Shown piece after piece: positions 29,518 to 38,332 of a stretch of DNA of 64,000 nt (positions are counted from its first letter, which is position 1; each line of letters begins with the position of its first letter). The notes below the pieces were generated by a model that was not told where the DNA came from, searched no databases, and saw only the letters and a list, made by a program, of their open reading frames with translations. The stretch is from Gemmatimonadales bacterium (lineage in GTDB: Bacteria > Gemmatimonadota > Gemmatimonadetes > Gemmatimonadales > GWC2-71-9), in the NCBI GenBank assembly GCA_035763805.1, contig DASUAL010000092.1, forward strand, positions 26,386 through 90,385, written 5' to 3'. The position numbers and the translations under genes are program-made.

Positions 29518-29798
29518 GTTACGGGGGCGGATGGCCTGGTGTGGTAGTGGCCTACTACGAAGAGGAAAGTCGCGAGCACGCAGTGGAAGAAGCGGCGCCT
29601 CGTAAAATCCGTCGCCACCTTCGCGAGCAAGAGGATGATGAGGACCTGCACGGGAAGCAGGATCGGGTAGGGGATGACACCCGAGTACCATTTCGTCATC
29701 GGCGGCAGAAACGGGACCTCGAACGCGGCGACCAGCGCCTGCCCGAGCACGCGCAGGACGAACAGAAACAGGAGAGACCAGAGTACGGTCGCGTACAT
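29514..29798 (-). CDS. Small integral membrane protein (hypothetical, 94 aa)
   Basis: 'MYATVLWSLLFLFVLRVLGQALVAAF', 'YPILLPVQVLIILLLAKV', 'FFHCVLATFLFVVG'. Confidence 0.5.
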   Translation of the reverse strand: MYATVLWSLLFLFVLRVLGQALVAAFEVPFLPPMTKWYSGVIPYPILLPVQVLIILLLAKVATDFTRRRFFHCVLATFLFVVGHYHTRPSAPVT

Positions 29799-29993
29799 AC
29801 CCGCGGGCCGAATCTACGACAATAGCTTGCCAGCGTCCTCTACGTGAGCCCCCGAGCCAGATCAGCTCCCCGGGGCCGAGCCAGGACAGCCACGATAATG
29901 TGGTGCCGCAGCCACATTTCGCGGACGTGTCGTCCCGGAACTCCATAGCGCGTCACGCGTGTCCTTGAGCGGCGTCAAACTTGCTCAAAATCA

Positions 29994-32663
29994 ATGATTG
30001 TTGCGAACAAGGCTCGCGGCTTCGCGAGCCTTTGTGTCCTAGCCTGCCGCGGCGAAGACCGACCGGGATCTCGGGAGAGCGCAGAGCCGAAGGTGGACCC
30101 AAGGGGCATCTCACAGCGCCGTGGCGCTCGCGACGCGAGGCTAAATCCGGCGTTCACGGCGTCGGCCTCCGACCCTCGGGAGGCACAAGCTCTCCGCCCG
30201 GCTCGGCCGAGCGTGCGGGGGAAGTTCCTGTTTATCGGGGAAGAGAAGTTTTTCATCCGTGGCGTCACGTACGGGACGTTCCGCCCGCGCGAGGACGGGA
30301 GCGAGTTCCCCGGCCCCGAGGTTGTAGAACGCGACTTCGCCCTGATGAGGGCGCACGGCGTAAACGCCGTTCGGACCTACACCGTGCCGCCGCGCTGGCT
30401 GCTCGACGCGGCCCAACGCCACGGCCTGCGCCTCCTCGTGGGCCTGCCCGTCGAGCGCCACATCGGCTACCTGAACGACAAGAAGGGCGCCCCCGATATC
30501 GAGGGTCTGGTACGCGCCGGCGTGCGCGCCTGCGCGGGTCACCCCGCGGTCCTGTGTTACGCGATCGGCAACGAGATTCCGACGCTCATCGCCCGCTGGC
30601 ACGGCCGCAGCCGCGTGGAACGCTACCTGGCAAGACTGTATCACGCCGCAAAGGCCGAGGACCCTCAGGGCCTCGTCACCTACGTGAACTACCCCTCCAC
30701 CGAGTACCTGCAGCTGCCCTTCTTGGACTTGGTTTGCTTCAATGTCTTCCTCGAGTCGCAGGTACGCCTCGAGGCTTACCTCGCCCGCCTCCACAACCTC
30801 GCCGGCGAGCGTCCGCTGGTGATGAGCGAGATCGGGCTGGACAGCCTACGACATGGCGAGGAAGCCCAAGCCCACGCCCTACAATGGCAGATTCGCACGA
30901 CCTTCGAGACGGGCTGCGCCGGGATCTTCCTTTACGCGTGGACCGACGAGTGGTACCGGGGAGGGGCCGACGTCTACGATTGGCGCTTCGGACTCACCCG
31001 GCGCGATCGCCAGCCGAAGCCGGCCCTGGCCACGGTGCGCGACACCTTCGCCGAGACGCCGTTTCCGGTGAGACCGCCGTGGCCACGCATTTCCGTCGTT
31101 GTGTGTACCCACAACGGGGGGCGGACCATTCGCGACTGCCTGGAAGGGCTGCGGGCACTCGACTACCCGGATTTCGAAGTGATCGTCGTCGACGACGGGT
31201 CCACCGACACGAGCGCGGCCATCGCGCAAAAGTACGACGTGCGGCTGATCCGTACCCCGAATCACGGGCTGAGTCACGCCCGCAACATCGGCTGGCGAAC
31301 GGCGAGCGGCGAGATCATCGCCTATCTCGACGACGATGCCTATCCGGATCCGCACTGGCTTACGTATCTCGCGGCCACATTCCGGAGCACGAGTGATGCC
31401 GGCGTGGGGGGGCCGAACATCGCTCCTCCGGGCGACGGACCGATCGCAGAGTGCGTCGCCCATGCGCCGGGAGGTCCGGTCCACGTCCTGCTATCCGATC
31501 GTGAAGCCGAGCACATTCCGGGCTGCAACATGGCCTTCCGGAGAGCGGCGCTCGAAGCCATCGGCGGGTTCGACGAGCAGTTCCGCATTGCCGGGGACGA
31601 CGTCGACGTGTGCTGGCGGCTGCGGCACAGAGGTTGGCGGCTGGGCTTCAGCCCAAGCGCCGTGGTCTGGCACCATCGCCGCAACTCGGTGCGCGCGTAC
31701 TGCAAGCAGCAGATCAGCTACGGCAGAGCCGAAGCGCTGCTCGAGCAGAAATGGCCGGACAGGTACAACGGCACCGGCCAGATCACCTGGGCCGGACGGC
31801 TGTACGGGCAAGGAGTGGCGCACGCGCTCGCCTGGCGTCGCGACCGGATCTATCACGGCATCTGGGGCTTCGCCCCGTTTCAATCCCTGTACGAACCCGC
31901 ACCGGGCGTCCTCGAATCACTGCCGCTCATGCCTGAATGGTATCTCCTCATCGCCGTGCTCGCGGCGCTTTCCCTGCTCGGCATGGCGTGGGAGCCTTTG
32001 CTCCTCGCCGTTCCTCCGCTCGGCCTCGCGACGCTCGTACCCCTGATCAAAGCCGGCGTGAGCGGCTGGCGCGCATCGTTTCCGAGCCCCCCTCGGAGCC
32101 GCGTCGCACAGCTGGGGTGCCGGATGCTCACGGCGATCCTCCACGTGATCCAGCCGCTGGCGCGTTTGTATGGCCGCCTCGAATACGGCCACACACCGTG
32201 GCGGCGGCGTGGAACGCTGGACGGCTCGTTGCCTTGGCCGATGAGCGCCGCCCTCTGGGGTGAGCGGTGGCAGGATCCCGGCGAGCGGCTCCGCACGCTC
32301 GAAACGAGGCTGCGCGCCGATGGCGCCTGCGTCCTTCGAGGGGGTCAATTCGACCGCTGGGACCTCGAGGTTCGCGGTGGCCAGCTCGGCGGCGGGAGGT
32401 TGCTCATGGCCGTGGAGGAGCACGGCGGCGGGGCGCAGCTGGTCCGGTTGCGGTGGTGGCCCAAGGGCGCGGCCGCGGCCCCGTTGCTCGTCGTCCTGCT
32501 GGCCGCCCTCTCCGGCAGCGCGGCCCTCGACGAAGCTTGGGGGGTGGCCGCGACGCTGGGCGCGACCGCGCTGTGGTGGGCGTGGCGCGCGTTCGCAGAG
32601 TGCGCGGCCGCCATGGCGGCCATCCGCCGGGCGGTTCAGCAACAGCAAGCCGGACCGCCTTGA
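29994..32663 (+). CDS. Tri-domain protein: clan GH-A glycoside-hydrolase-like TIM barrel + family-2 glycosyltransferase + C-terminal polytopic membrane domain
   Basis: GH part 'FFIRGVTYG', 'YAIGNEIP', 'VMSEIGLDS'. GT2 part 'ISVVVCTHNGG', 'VIVVDDGSTD', 'LDDDAYP', 'GCNMAFRR', 'GDDVDVCWR'. Then TM helices. Start uncertain: ATG 29994, GTG 30093 or GTG 30213; a 10-bp hairpin sits at 30009-30032. Confidence 0.75.
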   Translation: MIVANKARGFASLCVLACRGEDRPGSRESAEPKVDPRGISQRRGARDARLNPAFTASASDPREAQALRPARPSVRGKFLFIGEEKFFIRGVTYGTFRPREDGSEFPGPEVVERDFALMRAHGVNAVRTYTVPPRWLLDAAQRHGLRLLVGLPVERHIGYLNDKKGAPDIEGLVRAGVRACAGHPAVLCYAIGNEIPTLIARWHGRSRVERYLARLYHAAKAEDPQGLVTYVNYPSTEYLQLPFLDLVCFNVFLESQVRLEAYLARLHNLAGERPLVMSEIGLDSLRHGEEAQAHALQWQIRTTFETGCAGIFLYAWTDEWYRGGADVYDWRFGLTRRDRQPKPALATVRDTFAETPFPVRPPWPRISVVVCTHNGGRTIRDCLEGLRALDYPDFEVIVVDDGSTDTSAAIAQKYDVRLIRTPNHGLSHARNIGWRTASGEIIAYLDDDAYPDPHWLTYLAATFRSTSDAGVGGPNIAPPGDGPIAECVAHAPGGPVHVLLSDREAEHIPGCNMAFRRAALEAIGGFDEQFRIAGDDVDVCWRLRHRGWRLGFSPSAVVWHHRRNSVRAYCKQQISYGRAEALLEQKWPDRYNGTGQITWAGRLYGQGVAHALAWRRDRIYHGIWGFAPFQSLYEPAPGVLESLPLMPEWYLLIAVLAALSLLGMAWEPLLLAVPPLGLATLVPLIKAGVSGWRASFPSPPRSRVAQLGCRMLTAILHVIQPLARLYGRLEYGHTPWRRRGTLDGSLPWPMSAALWGERWQDPGERLRTLETRLRADGACVLRGGQFDRWDLEVRGGQLGGGRLLMAVEEHGGGAQLVRLRWWPKGAAAAPLLVVLLAALSGSAALDEAWGVAATLGATALWWAWRAFAECAAAMAAIRRAVQQQQAGPP

Positions 32664-34468
32664 TGGGAGCGACCGACCACACCGATCTGGCGATCTACCG
32701 GCGCCTCCTCGGCCAGGCGCGACGCTACTGGCCGCACTTGGCAGCGCTCTTCGCGCTCGGTCTGGTGACGACCCCCCTCGCGCTCCTGACCCCCCTTCCT
32801 CTGAAGATCGTGGTCGACTCGGTCCTCGGCTCGCGCCCGCTGCCAGGCGTGCTCGAGACCATGCTACCGGCGGCCGTGACGCGCTCCGGCACCGCAGTGC
32901 TCGTCGTCGCGGTGGGGCTACTGGTGGCCGTCGCGGTGCTCAGCCAGCTCCAGGGGCTCGCGACCACCCTGCTGCGCACCTACATCGGTGAACAGTTGGT
33001 CCTGGCGTTCCGGGCCCGGCTCCTCCACCACGTTCAGCGCCTCTCCCTGTCGTATCACGACTCGCGCGGAACCGCCGACTCGATCTACCGTATCCAGCAC
33101 GACGCACCGGCCATCCAGTACGTCGCAGTCGACGGCGTCATCCCGTTCGTGACGGCGGGCATCACCCTCACTGCGATGATCTACGTGACGGCGCGAATCG
33201 ACTGGCACCTGGCCCTCGTCGCCCTAACGATCTCCCCCTCTCTGTTCCTGCTCTCCCGAGCATACCGCGGCCGCGTGCGCGGCCAGTCGAGGACGGTCAA
33301 GAAGCTCGAAAGCTCCGCCCTGTCGATCGCTCAGGAGACCTTGGGTGCGCTTCGCGTCGTCAAGGCGTTCGGTCAAGAGCGCCGCGAGACCGAGCGTTTC
33401 GTCGCCCGCTCACGCGAGGGCCTGATGGCGCGCCTCAGCCTCGCGTTGCTCGAGGGGCGCTTCGGCATCTCGATCGGGCTCGTGACCGCGCTCGGCACGG
33501 CCGCCGTGCTGTTCATCGGAATCGGCCACGTCCGCGCGGGTGGGCTGACCCTGGGCCAGCTCCTGATGGTGATGACCTACGTGGCGCAACTGTACGCGCC
33601 GCTGAAAACCATCAGCCGCAAGACGGCCGGGCTGCAGAGCTACCTGGCCAGCGCCGAGCGCGCCTTCGCCGTGCTCGACGAAGCCCCTGACGTCCCGGAG
33701 CGATCCAACGCCCGCCCGCTCCCGCGCGCCGCCGGCGCAGTCGAGTTCCGGAACGTCTCGTTCGCCTACGACCCGGGTCGCCCGGTCCTGCACGAGGTTT
33801 CGTTCCATGTCGCTCCGGGCATGCGCGTCGCGGTCCGCGGGGCGACGGGAGCGGGCAAGACGACGCTGGTGAGTCTGCTGACCCGGTTCTACGACCCGAC
33901 CGCCGGCGAGATCCTGCTCGACGGAACCGACGTGCGCGACTACCGCCTGGTTGACCTGCGGAACCAGTTCGCGATCGTCCTCCAGCATCCCGTGCTTTTC
34001 TCCACCAGCGTCGCGGAGAACATCGCCTACGGCCGGCCCGGGGCGAGCGCCCGCGACATCGTAACGGCCGCCGAGGCGGCGGGAGCCGACGATTTCATCG
34101 TGCACTTGCCCCGGGGGTACGAGACACAGGTGGGCGAGCGCGGACAGAGGCTCTCGGGCGGCGAGCGTCAGCGCATCGCCCTGGCGCGGGCATTCCTCAA
34201 GGACGCTCCCCTCCTCATCCTCGACGAGCCGACGAGCTCGGTCGATCTGAGAACTGAAGCCGCGATCCTCGAGGCCCTGCAGCGGTTGATGCGCGGCCGC
34301 ACCGTGTTCCTGATCACGCACCGTCCGAGCACCTCGGTCAATTGCGACCTGTCGCTGCAGCTCGAACAGGGACGCCTGATCCGGACAGGTTCTGCACCGG
34401 CGCCCGTCGCCGCGAGTATGGCTCCCGAGCAGGGGACGCCGCGGAGCCCGGAATGGGGTGAGCGGTGA
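32663..34468 (+). CDS. ABC exporter, fused permease/ATPase (MsbA-type)
   Basis: ATG overlaps the upstream TGA by 1 nt. Six-helix TMD. Walker A 'GATGAGKTT', signature 'LSGGERQRIALARA', Walker B 'LLILDEPTS'. Confidence 0.9.
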   Translation: MGATDHTDLAIYRRLLGQARRYWPHLAALFALGLVTTPLALLTPLPLKIVVDSVLGSRPLPGVLETMLPAAVTRSGTAVLVVAVGLLVAVAVLSQLQGLATTLLRTYIGEQLVLAFRARLLHHVQRLSLSYHDSRGTADSIYRIQHDAPAIQYVAVDGVIPFVTAGITLTAMIYVTARIDWHLALVALTISPSLFLLSRAYRGRVRGQSRTVKKLESSALSIAQETLGALRVVKAFGQERRETERFVARSREGLMARLSLALLEGRFGISIGLVTALGTAAVLFIGIGHVRAGGLTLGQLLMVMTYVAQLYAPLKTISRKTAGLQSYLASAERAFAVLDEAPDVPERSNARPLPRAAGAVEFRNVSFAYDPGRPVLHEVSFHVAPGMRVAVRGATGAGKTTLVSLLTRFYDPTAGEILLDGTDVRDYRLVDLRNQFAIVLQHPVLFSTSVAENIAYGRPGASARDIVTAAEAAGADDFIVHLPRGYETQVGERGQRLSGGERQRIALARAFLKDAPLLILDEPTSSVDLRTEAAILEALQRLMRGRTVFLITHRPSTSVNCDLSLQLEQGRLIRTGSAPAPVAASMAPEQGTPRSPEWGER

Positions 34469-35415
34469 GTCGGCACAAGCCGGTCGCGATTCTGCACGAC
34501 GGCCTGTGGGCGCATCCGGCCGTTCAGGCCTGGATTGGGCTGCGGCCAGCGACGGTCACGCCCGAGAGCATTCACGTGCTGCGCGAGCGCAGGAGATCCG
34601 CCGTCTATCGGCTCGTCGGAGTCGGCCCGGCCGGGGCGGCCGTGATCGCCAAACGGTGCCTGCCCGCGACGGCGTCGCTCGAGCTCACGGTGTACGAGCG
34701 CATCCTCCCCCAACTGCCCGTTTCGGCCCCCCGCTGCTACGGAGCCCAGGGCGGAGACGGGCAGCCCTGCTGGCTCTTCCTCGAGGACGTCGGTGACGAG
34801 CGGTATTCCGAGTCAAACGGGACGCACGTGGCGGCCGTCTCCAGGTGGGCGGCCCTGCTGCACACGTCGGCCGCCGGTGCGGCCGCCGCCCAGGCACTTC
34901 CCGATGCGGGGCCCACCCGCTATCTCGCGCACCTGCGCGCAGCGCGGGACACGATCCAGCGACGTCTGACCACCCCCCTCACGCCGTGCGACGTCGCGGT
35001 GCTGCAGGCAATCGTCTCGCTCCAGGATCTGCTGGAATCGCGCTGGAGCTGGATCGAGCAGTCCTGCGTAGGCCTGCCAGCGACGCTCGTCCACGGCGAC
35101 TTCCAGCCGAAAAACGTGTTCGTGCGGGAGCATGCAATGGGCATCGCTTGCTATCCCATCGACTGGGAGTTTGTCGGCTGGGGCGTTCCAGCCGCCGACC
35201 TCACGCGCATCGACGTCGCCGCCTACTGGTCGGCCTCGCGGGAAGGCGGGGACGGACCAGGTCTCGAAACGGTGCGGCGGCTGGCCAACGTTGGTCAGAT
35301 CTTCCGGTTTCTCGCCGCCATCGACTGGGAGTGCGCCAGCACCCCCGCGGACCTGGAGGTCCTGCAGGTCAGCCTGGCCAATGCCGTACGGACGGCTGGA
35401 GTCACGGACTCATGA
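34465..35415 (+). CDS. Phosphotransferase-family kinase (APH/choline-kinase-like) 1
   Basis: GTGA overlap with the ABC gene. Brenner-type 'LVHGDFQPKNVFV' and 'IDWEFVGWGVPAADL'. Confidence 0.7.
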   Translation: MSRHKPVAILHDGLWAHPAVQAWIGLRPATVTPESIHVLRERRRSAVYRLVGVGPAGAAVIAKRCLPATASLELTVYERILPQLPVSAPRCYGAQGGDGQPCWLFLEDVGDERYSESNGTHVAAVSRWAALLHTSAAGAAAAQALPDAGPTRYLAHLRAARDTIQRRLTTPLTPCDVAVLQAIVSLQDLLESRWSWIEQSCVGLPATLVHGDFQPKNVFVREHAMGIACYPIDWEFVGWGVPAADLTRIDVAAYWSASREGGDGPGLETVRRLANVGQIFRFLAAIDWECASTPADLEVLQVSLANAVRTAGVTDS

Positions 35416-36461
35416 TCGCCCTCACCGATGAGCTGCGGGACGCTCTCGAAGCGAGTGGCCTGCCCGGCGCGGCGGAACTGTGCGAGGTGCTCCCTGACGT
35501 GTACGGGGGTTCCCACGTCACGGGTCACATCGTCGGCCTCCGGAGGCTGAAATCCCGCGTCTACCGCCTGCAGACCGAGGTCAGCGGCCAGGTGCGCTCG
35601 CTGGTGCTCAAACGCTCCGATCCGGGGCCGGCCCGACGCGCGCTGCTGGCCGCCCGGCGTTGGCTCCCCGCGCTCGGCCTGGGCGATCGCTGCCCACAGG
35701 TTCTGGGCACCGCCGTCGACCCGCACGGCGAATGGGTATGGCACATCTACGAAGATCTAGGCGACAGCACGCTGGATGCGGCGAAGGCGGACCGGCATCA
35801 CGTGGCGGCGGCAGTGGACTTGATCGCCGAATTACACGTGCGCTCCGCCGGACACTCCATCCTGTCGGAGTGTCGCCAGCACGGCGGTGATCTGGGAGCG
35901 GCCTACTACGCCGCGAACGTGCGCGACGCCATTCACAGGCTGGAATTGCTGCAACCTCCGCGGATCGCGCTCTCCCCGGAGCGACAGGCCGTGCGGGACC
36001 GCCTGCTCGGCCGGCTGTACGCCCTGCGTGACCAGCAGCCCCACCGCACGCGGTTGCTGGCAGACCACGGCGGTCCCGATGTGCTGCTGCACGGCGATCT
36101 CTGGACGATCAACACGTTCGTCGCCTCCGGCCCGAGGGGGCTGCGCGCCCGTCTCATCGATTGGGATCGGGCCGGCGTCGGGCCCGCGAGCTACGACCTC
36201 TCGACGTTTCTCTACCGGTTCCCGCCTGGTGAGCGGCCGTGGATCCTGGACCGCTATCGGGAGGCAGTTGCGCGCGCGGGGTGGCGCTTGCCTGTCGCAC
36301 GAGACCTGAACGTCCTGTTCGAGACCGCAGAGTGTGCGCGCTATGCAAACCACGCCATCTCGCCTGCGGTCGCCCTGTTCGAACGCGCCGAGTGGGGATT
36401 CGCCGAGTTGGCGGAGGTGGGACGATGGTTCGAGGCCTTGCAGCCCGTGCTTCCGGAATGA
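35412..36461 (+). CDS. Phosphotransferase-family kinase (APH/choline-kinase-like) 2
   Basis: ATGA overlap with kinase 1. 'LLHGDLWTINTFV', 'LIDWDRAGVGPASYDLS'. Confidence 0.7.
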   Translation: MIALTDELRDALEASGLPGAAELCEVLPDVYGGSHVTGHIVGLRRLKSRVYRLQTEVSGQVRSLVLKRSDPGPARRALLAARRWLPALGLGDRCPQVLGTAVDPHGEWVWHIYEDLGDSTLDAAKADRHHVAAAVDLIAELHVRSAGHSILSECRQHGGDLGAAYYAANVRDAIHRLELLQPPRIALSPERQAVRDRLLGRLYALRDQQPHRTRLLADHGGPDVLLHGDLWTINTFVASGPRGLRARLIDWDRAGVGPASYDLSTFLYRFPPGERPWILDRYREAVARAGWRLPVARDLNVLFETAECARYANHAISPAVALFERAEWGFAELAEVGRWFEALQPVLPE

Positions 36462-36476
36462 AAGGGGCCGGCTCGG

Positions 36477-37145
36477 ATGAAGTATCTGATCGTCAACGCG
36501 GATGACTTCGGCGCGAGCCGGGGCACGAACCGCGGGATCATGGATGCGCATCGGCAGGGCATCGTGACCAGCGCGAGCCTGCTCGTGAACGCGCCGTGTG
36601 CCGGGGCAGCGGCGGCGCTGAGCGGAAAGGTTCCCGATCTGAGTGTCGGCTTGCACCTCGCTCTCGACGATCTCGGGGACGCCGCGCTCGAGGCCGAACC
36701 GCACCGCCAGCTCTGCCGCTTTCAGGATCTCATGGGTCGCCTGCCCACGCATATCGACTCGCACCATAACGCGCACCGCGATCCCCGCGTCCTCACGCAT
36801 GTCCTCCGCCTGGCCCGCCAATACGGCCTGCCGGCCCGCGAGCACTCCCCGGTGCGCTACTGCTCGAAGTTCTACGGCCAGTGGGGCGCGCGGACGCACG
36901 CCGAGCAGATCAGCGTGGCCAGCCTTGTGCGCCTGCTGGAAACCGAGGTGCGGGACGGCGTCACCGAGCTGAGCTGTCATCCAGGATACGCGGATCCGGA
37001 TCTGCGGTCCGAGTATGCCGACGAGCGGCCGGCCGAAGTTCGTACGCTGTGCGATCCGACGCTGCCGGCGCTGCTCGCGGCCCGCAACATCCGACTCATC
37101 GGGTTTCGCGATCTCCCGGGCGTCCTGGCCGGCGCCCCCGCCTAG
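36477..37145 (+). CDS. YdjC/ChbG/HpnK-family carbohydrate deacetylase
   Basis: 'MKYLIVNADDFGASRGTNRGIMDAHRQGIVTSASLLVN', 'HIDSHHNAH', 'ELSCHPG'. Confidence 0.8.
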   Translation: MKYLIVNADDFGASRGTNRGIMDAHRQGIVTSASLLVNAPCAGAAAALSGKVPDLSVGLHLALDDLGDAALEAEPHRQLCRFQDLMGRLPTHIDSHHNAHRDPRVLTHVLRLARQYGLPAREHSPVRYCSKFYGQWGARTHAEQISVASLVRLLETEVRDGVTELSCHPGYADPDLRSEYADERPAEVRTLCDPTLPALLAARNIRLIGFRDLPGVLAGAPA

Positions 37146-37159
37146 AGGGACCGACCAGC

Positions 37160-38332
37160 GTGGCCACCGTCGTCATCTCACCCTACAACGTCGCGAATTA
37201 TCCCGAGGGAGGGGGCCACTTCTGGGTTTACATGCAGTATGCCCAGGGATTGCTCCGGCGGGGCTGCGAGGTGTACTGGCTGGAACAGTTTCGCCGCGGG
37301 GACGACTCCGACCGTGACGCACGGCTAGTCACCACGTTCTTCGAGCGGATGGCCCGTTTCGGGCTCGACGACAAGGTGCTGCTGTATTCGCTGGAGGAGC
37401 GCCCCGACGGGACGGAGGCCCCGTTCGAGTACATCGGCGTCACGCGGTCCGAGGCGGAAGCGGTCCTGCGACGGGCCGATCTCCTCCTCAACTTCCACTA
37501 TGCCATCGACCCGCGTCTGCTCGCCTGCCCGAAACGCACGGCCTTGGTGGACATCGATCCCGGCTTGCTGCAGTTCTGGATGAGCGCGGGACAGCTTCAT
37601 GTGCTCCCGCACGACGTCTACTTGACCATTGGAGAGACGGTCGGCACCCCCGCCGCCCTGTTTCCGGACTGCGGCCTGCAGTGGCATCACATCCGCTCAC
37701 CGGTTTGCCTCGAGCTCTGGCCCTACCACTATGACCCACGCTGCGACGCGTTTACCACGGTTGCCGGCTGGTGGGCGGGAGAATGGGTCAAGGGGATCGA
37801 GAACGGCAAGGACGTTTTCTACGAGAATACCAAGCGAATGTCCTTCCTGGCGTTCGCTGCGCTGCCGCAGGTCACTCCCCAGGTGCTCGAGCTGGCGCTC
37901 TATCTGGCCGACGACGACCACGCCGACCGGCAGCTCCTCGAGAGCCATCGGTGGCGCGTCCGCCACTCCCGGGAAGTGGCGAGCACACCCGAGCGATACC
38001 AGGCCTACATCCAGCAGTCACGCGGCGAGCTCAGTTGCGCGAAGCCGTCCTGCATGAAGCTCCAAAACGCGTGGGTGAGCGATCGGACCCTCTGCTACCT
38101 GGCGAGCGGGAAGCCCGTGGTGGTGCAGCATACCGGACCGAGCTCGTACCTCCCGAGCGGGGAGGGCATGTTTCGGTTTTCGAGTGTCCAGGAAGCCGCG
38201 GCCGCGCTGGAGGCGGTCAACGCCGACTACGAGCGGCACTGCCGCGCCGCTCGCGAGATCGCTGAAGCGTATTTCGATTCTAAGCGGGTCGCGGGGAGAA
38301 TCCTGAGCGCGACCCTGTCGGAGGTCCCGTGA
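37160..38332 (+). CDS. Uncharacterised protein, possibly GT-B-fold (CgeB/GT1-like) glycosyltransferase
   Basis: GTG 37160. 'VVISPYNVANYPEGGGHFWVYMQYAQGL', C-terminal 'NAWVSDRTLCYLASGKPVVVQHTG..GEGMFRF'. Family assignment tentative. Confidence 0.5.
   Translation: MATVVISPYNVANYPEGGGHFWVYMQYAQGLLRRGCEVYWLEQFRRGDDSDRDARLVTTFFERMARFGLDDKVLLYSLEERPDGTEAPFEYIGVTRSEAEAVLRRADLLLNFHYAIDPRLLACPKRTALVDIDPGLLQFWMSAGQLHVLPHDVYLTIGETVGTPAALFPDCGLQWHHIRSPVCLELWPYHYDPRCDAFTTVAGWWAGEWVKGIENGKDVFYENTKRMSFLAFAALPQVTPQVLELALYLADDDHADRQLLESHRWRVRHSREVASTPERYQAYIQQSRGELSCAKPSCMKLQNAWVSDRTLCYLASGKPVVVQHTGPSSYLPSGEGMFRFSSVQEAAAALEAVNADYERHCRAAREIAEAYFDSKRVAGRILSATLSEVP

Noticed and set aside
29994-30050. Lipoprotein-like signal 'MIVANKARGFASLCVLAC' at the ATG-start version of the GH-GT2 protein.
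   Set aside because: It is incompatible with a cytoplasmic GT2 domain, because no TM lies between the GH and GT parts. The h-region is short, and a 10-bp hairpin (30009-30032) occupies the same DNA. The region is probably 5' UTR, with a downstream GTG start. The longest ORF is kept as the feature, with the uncertainty noted.
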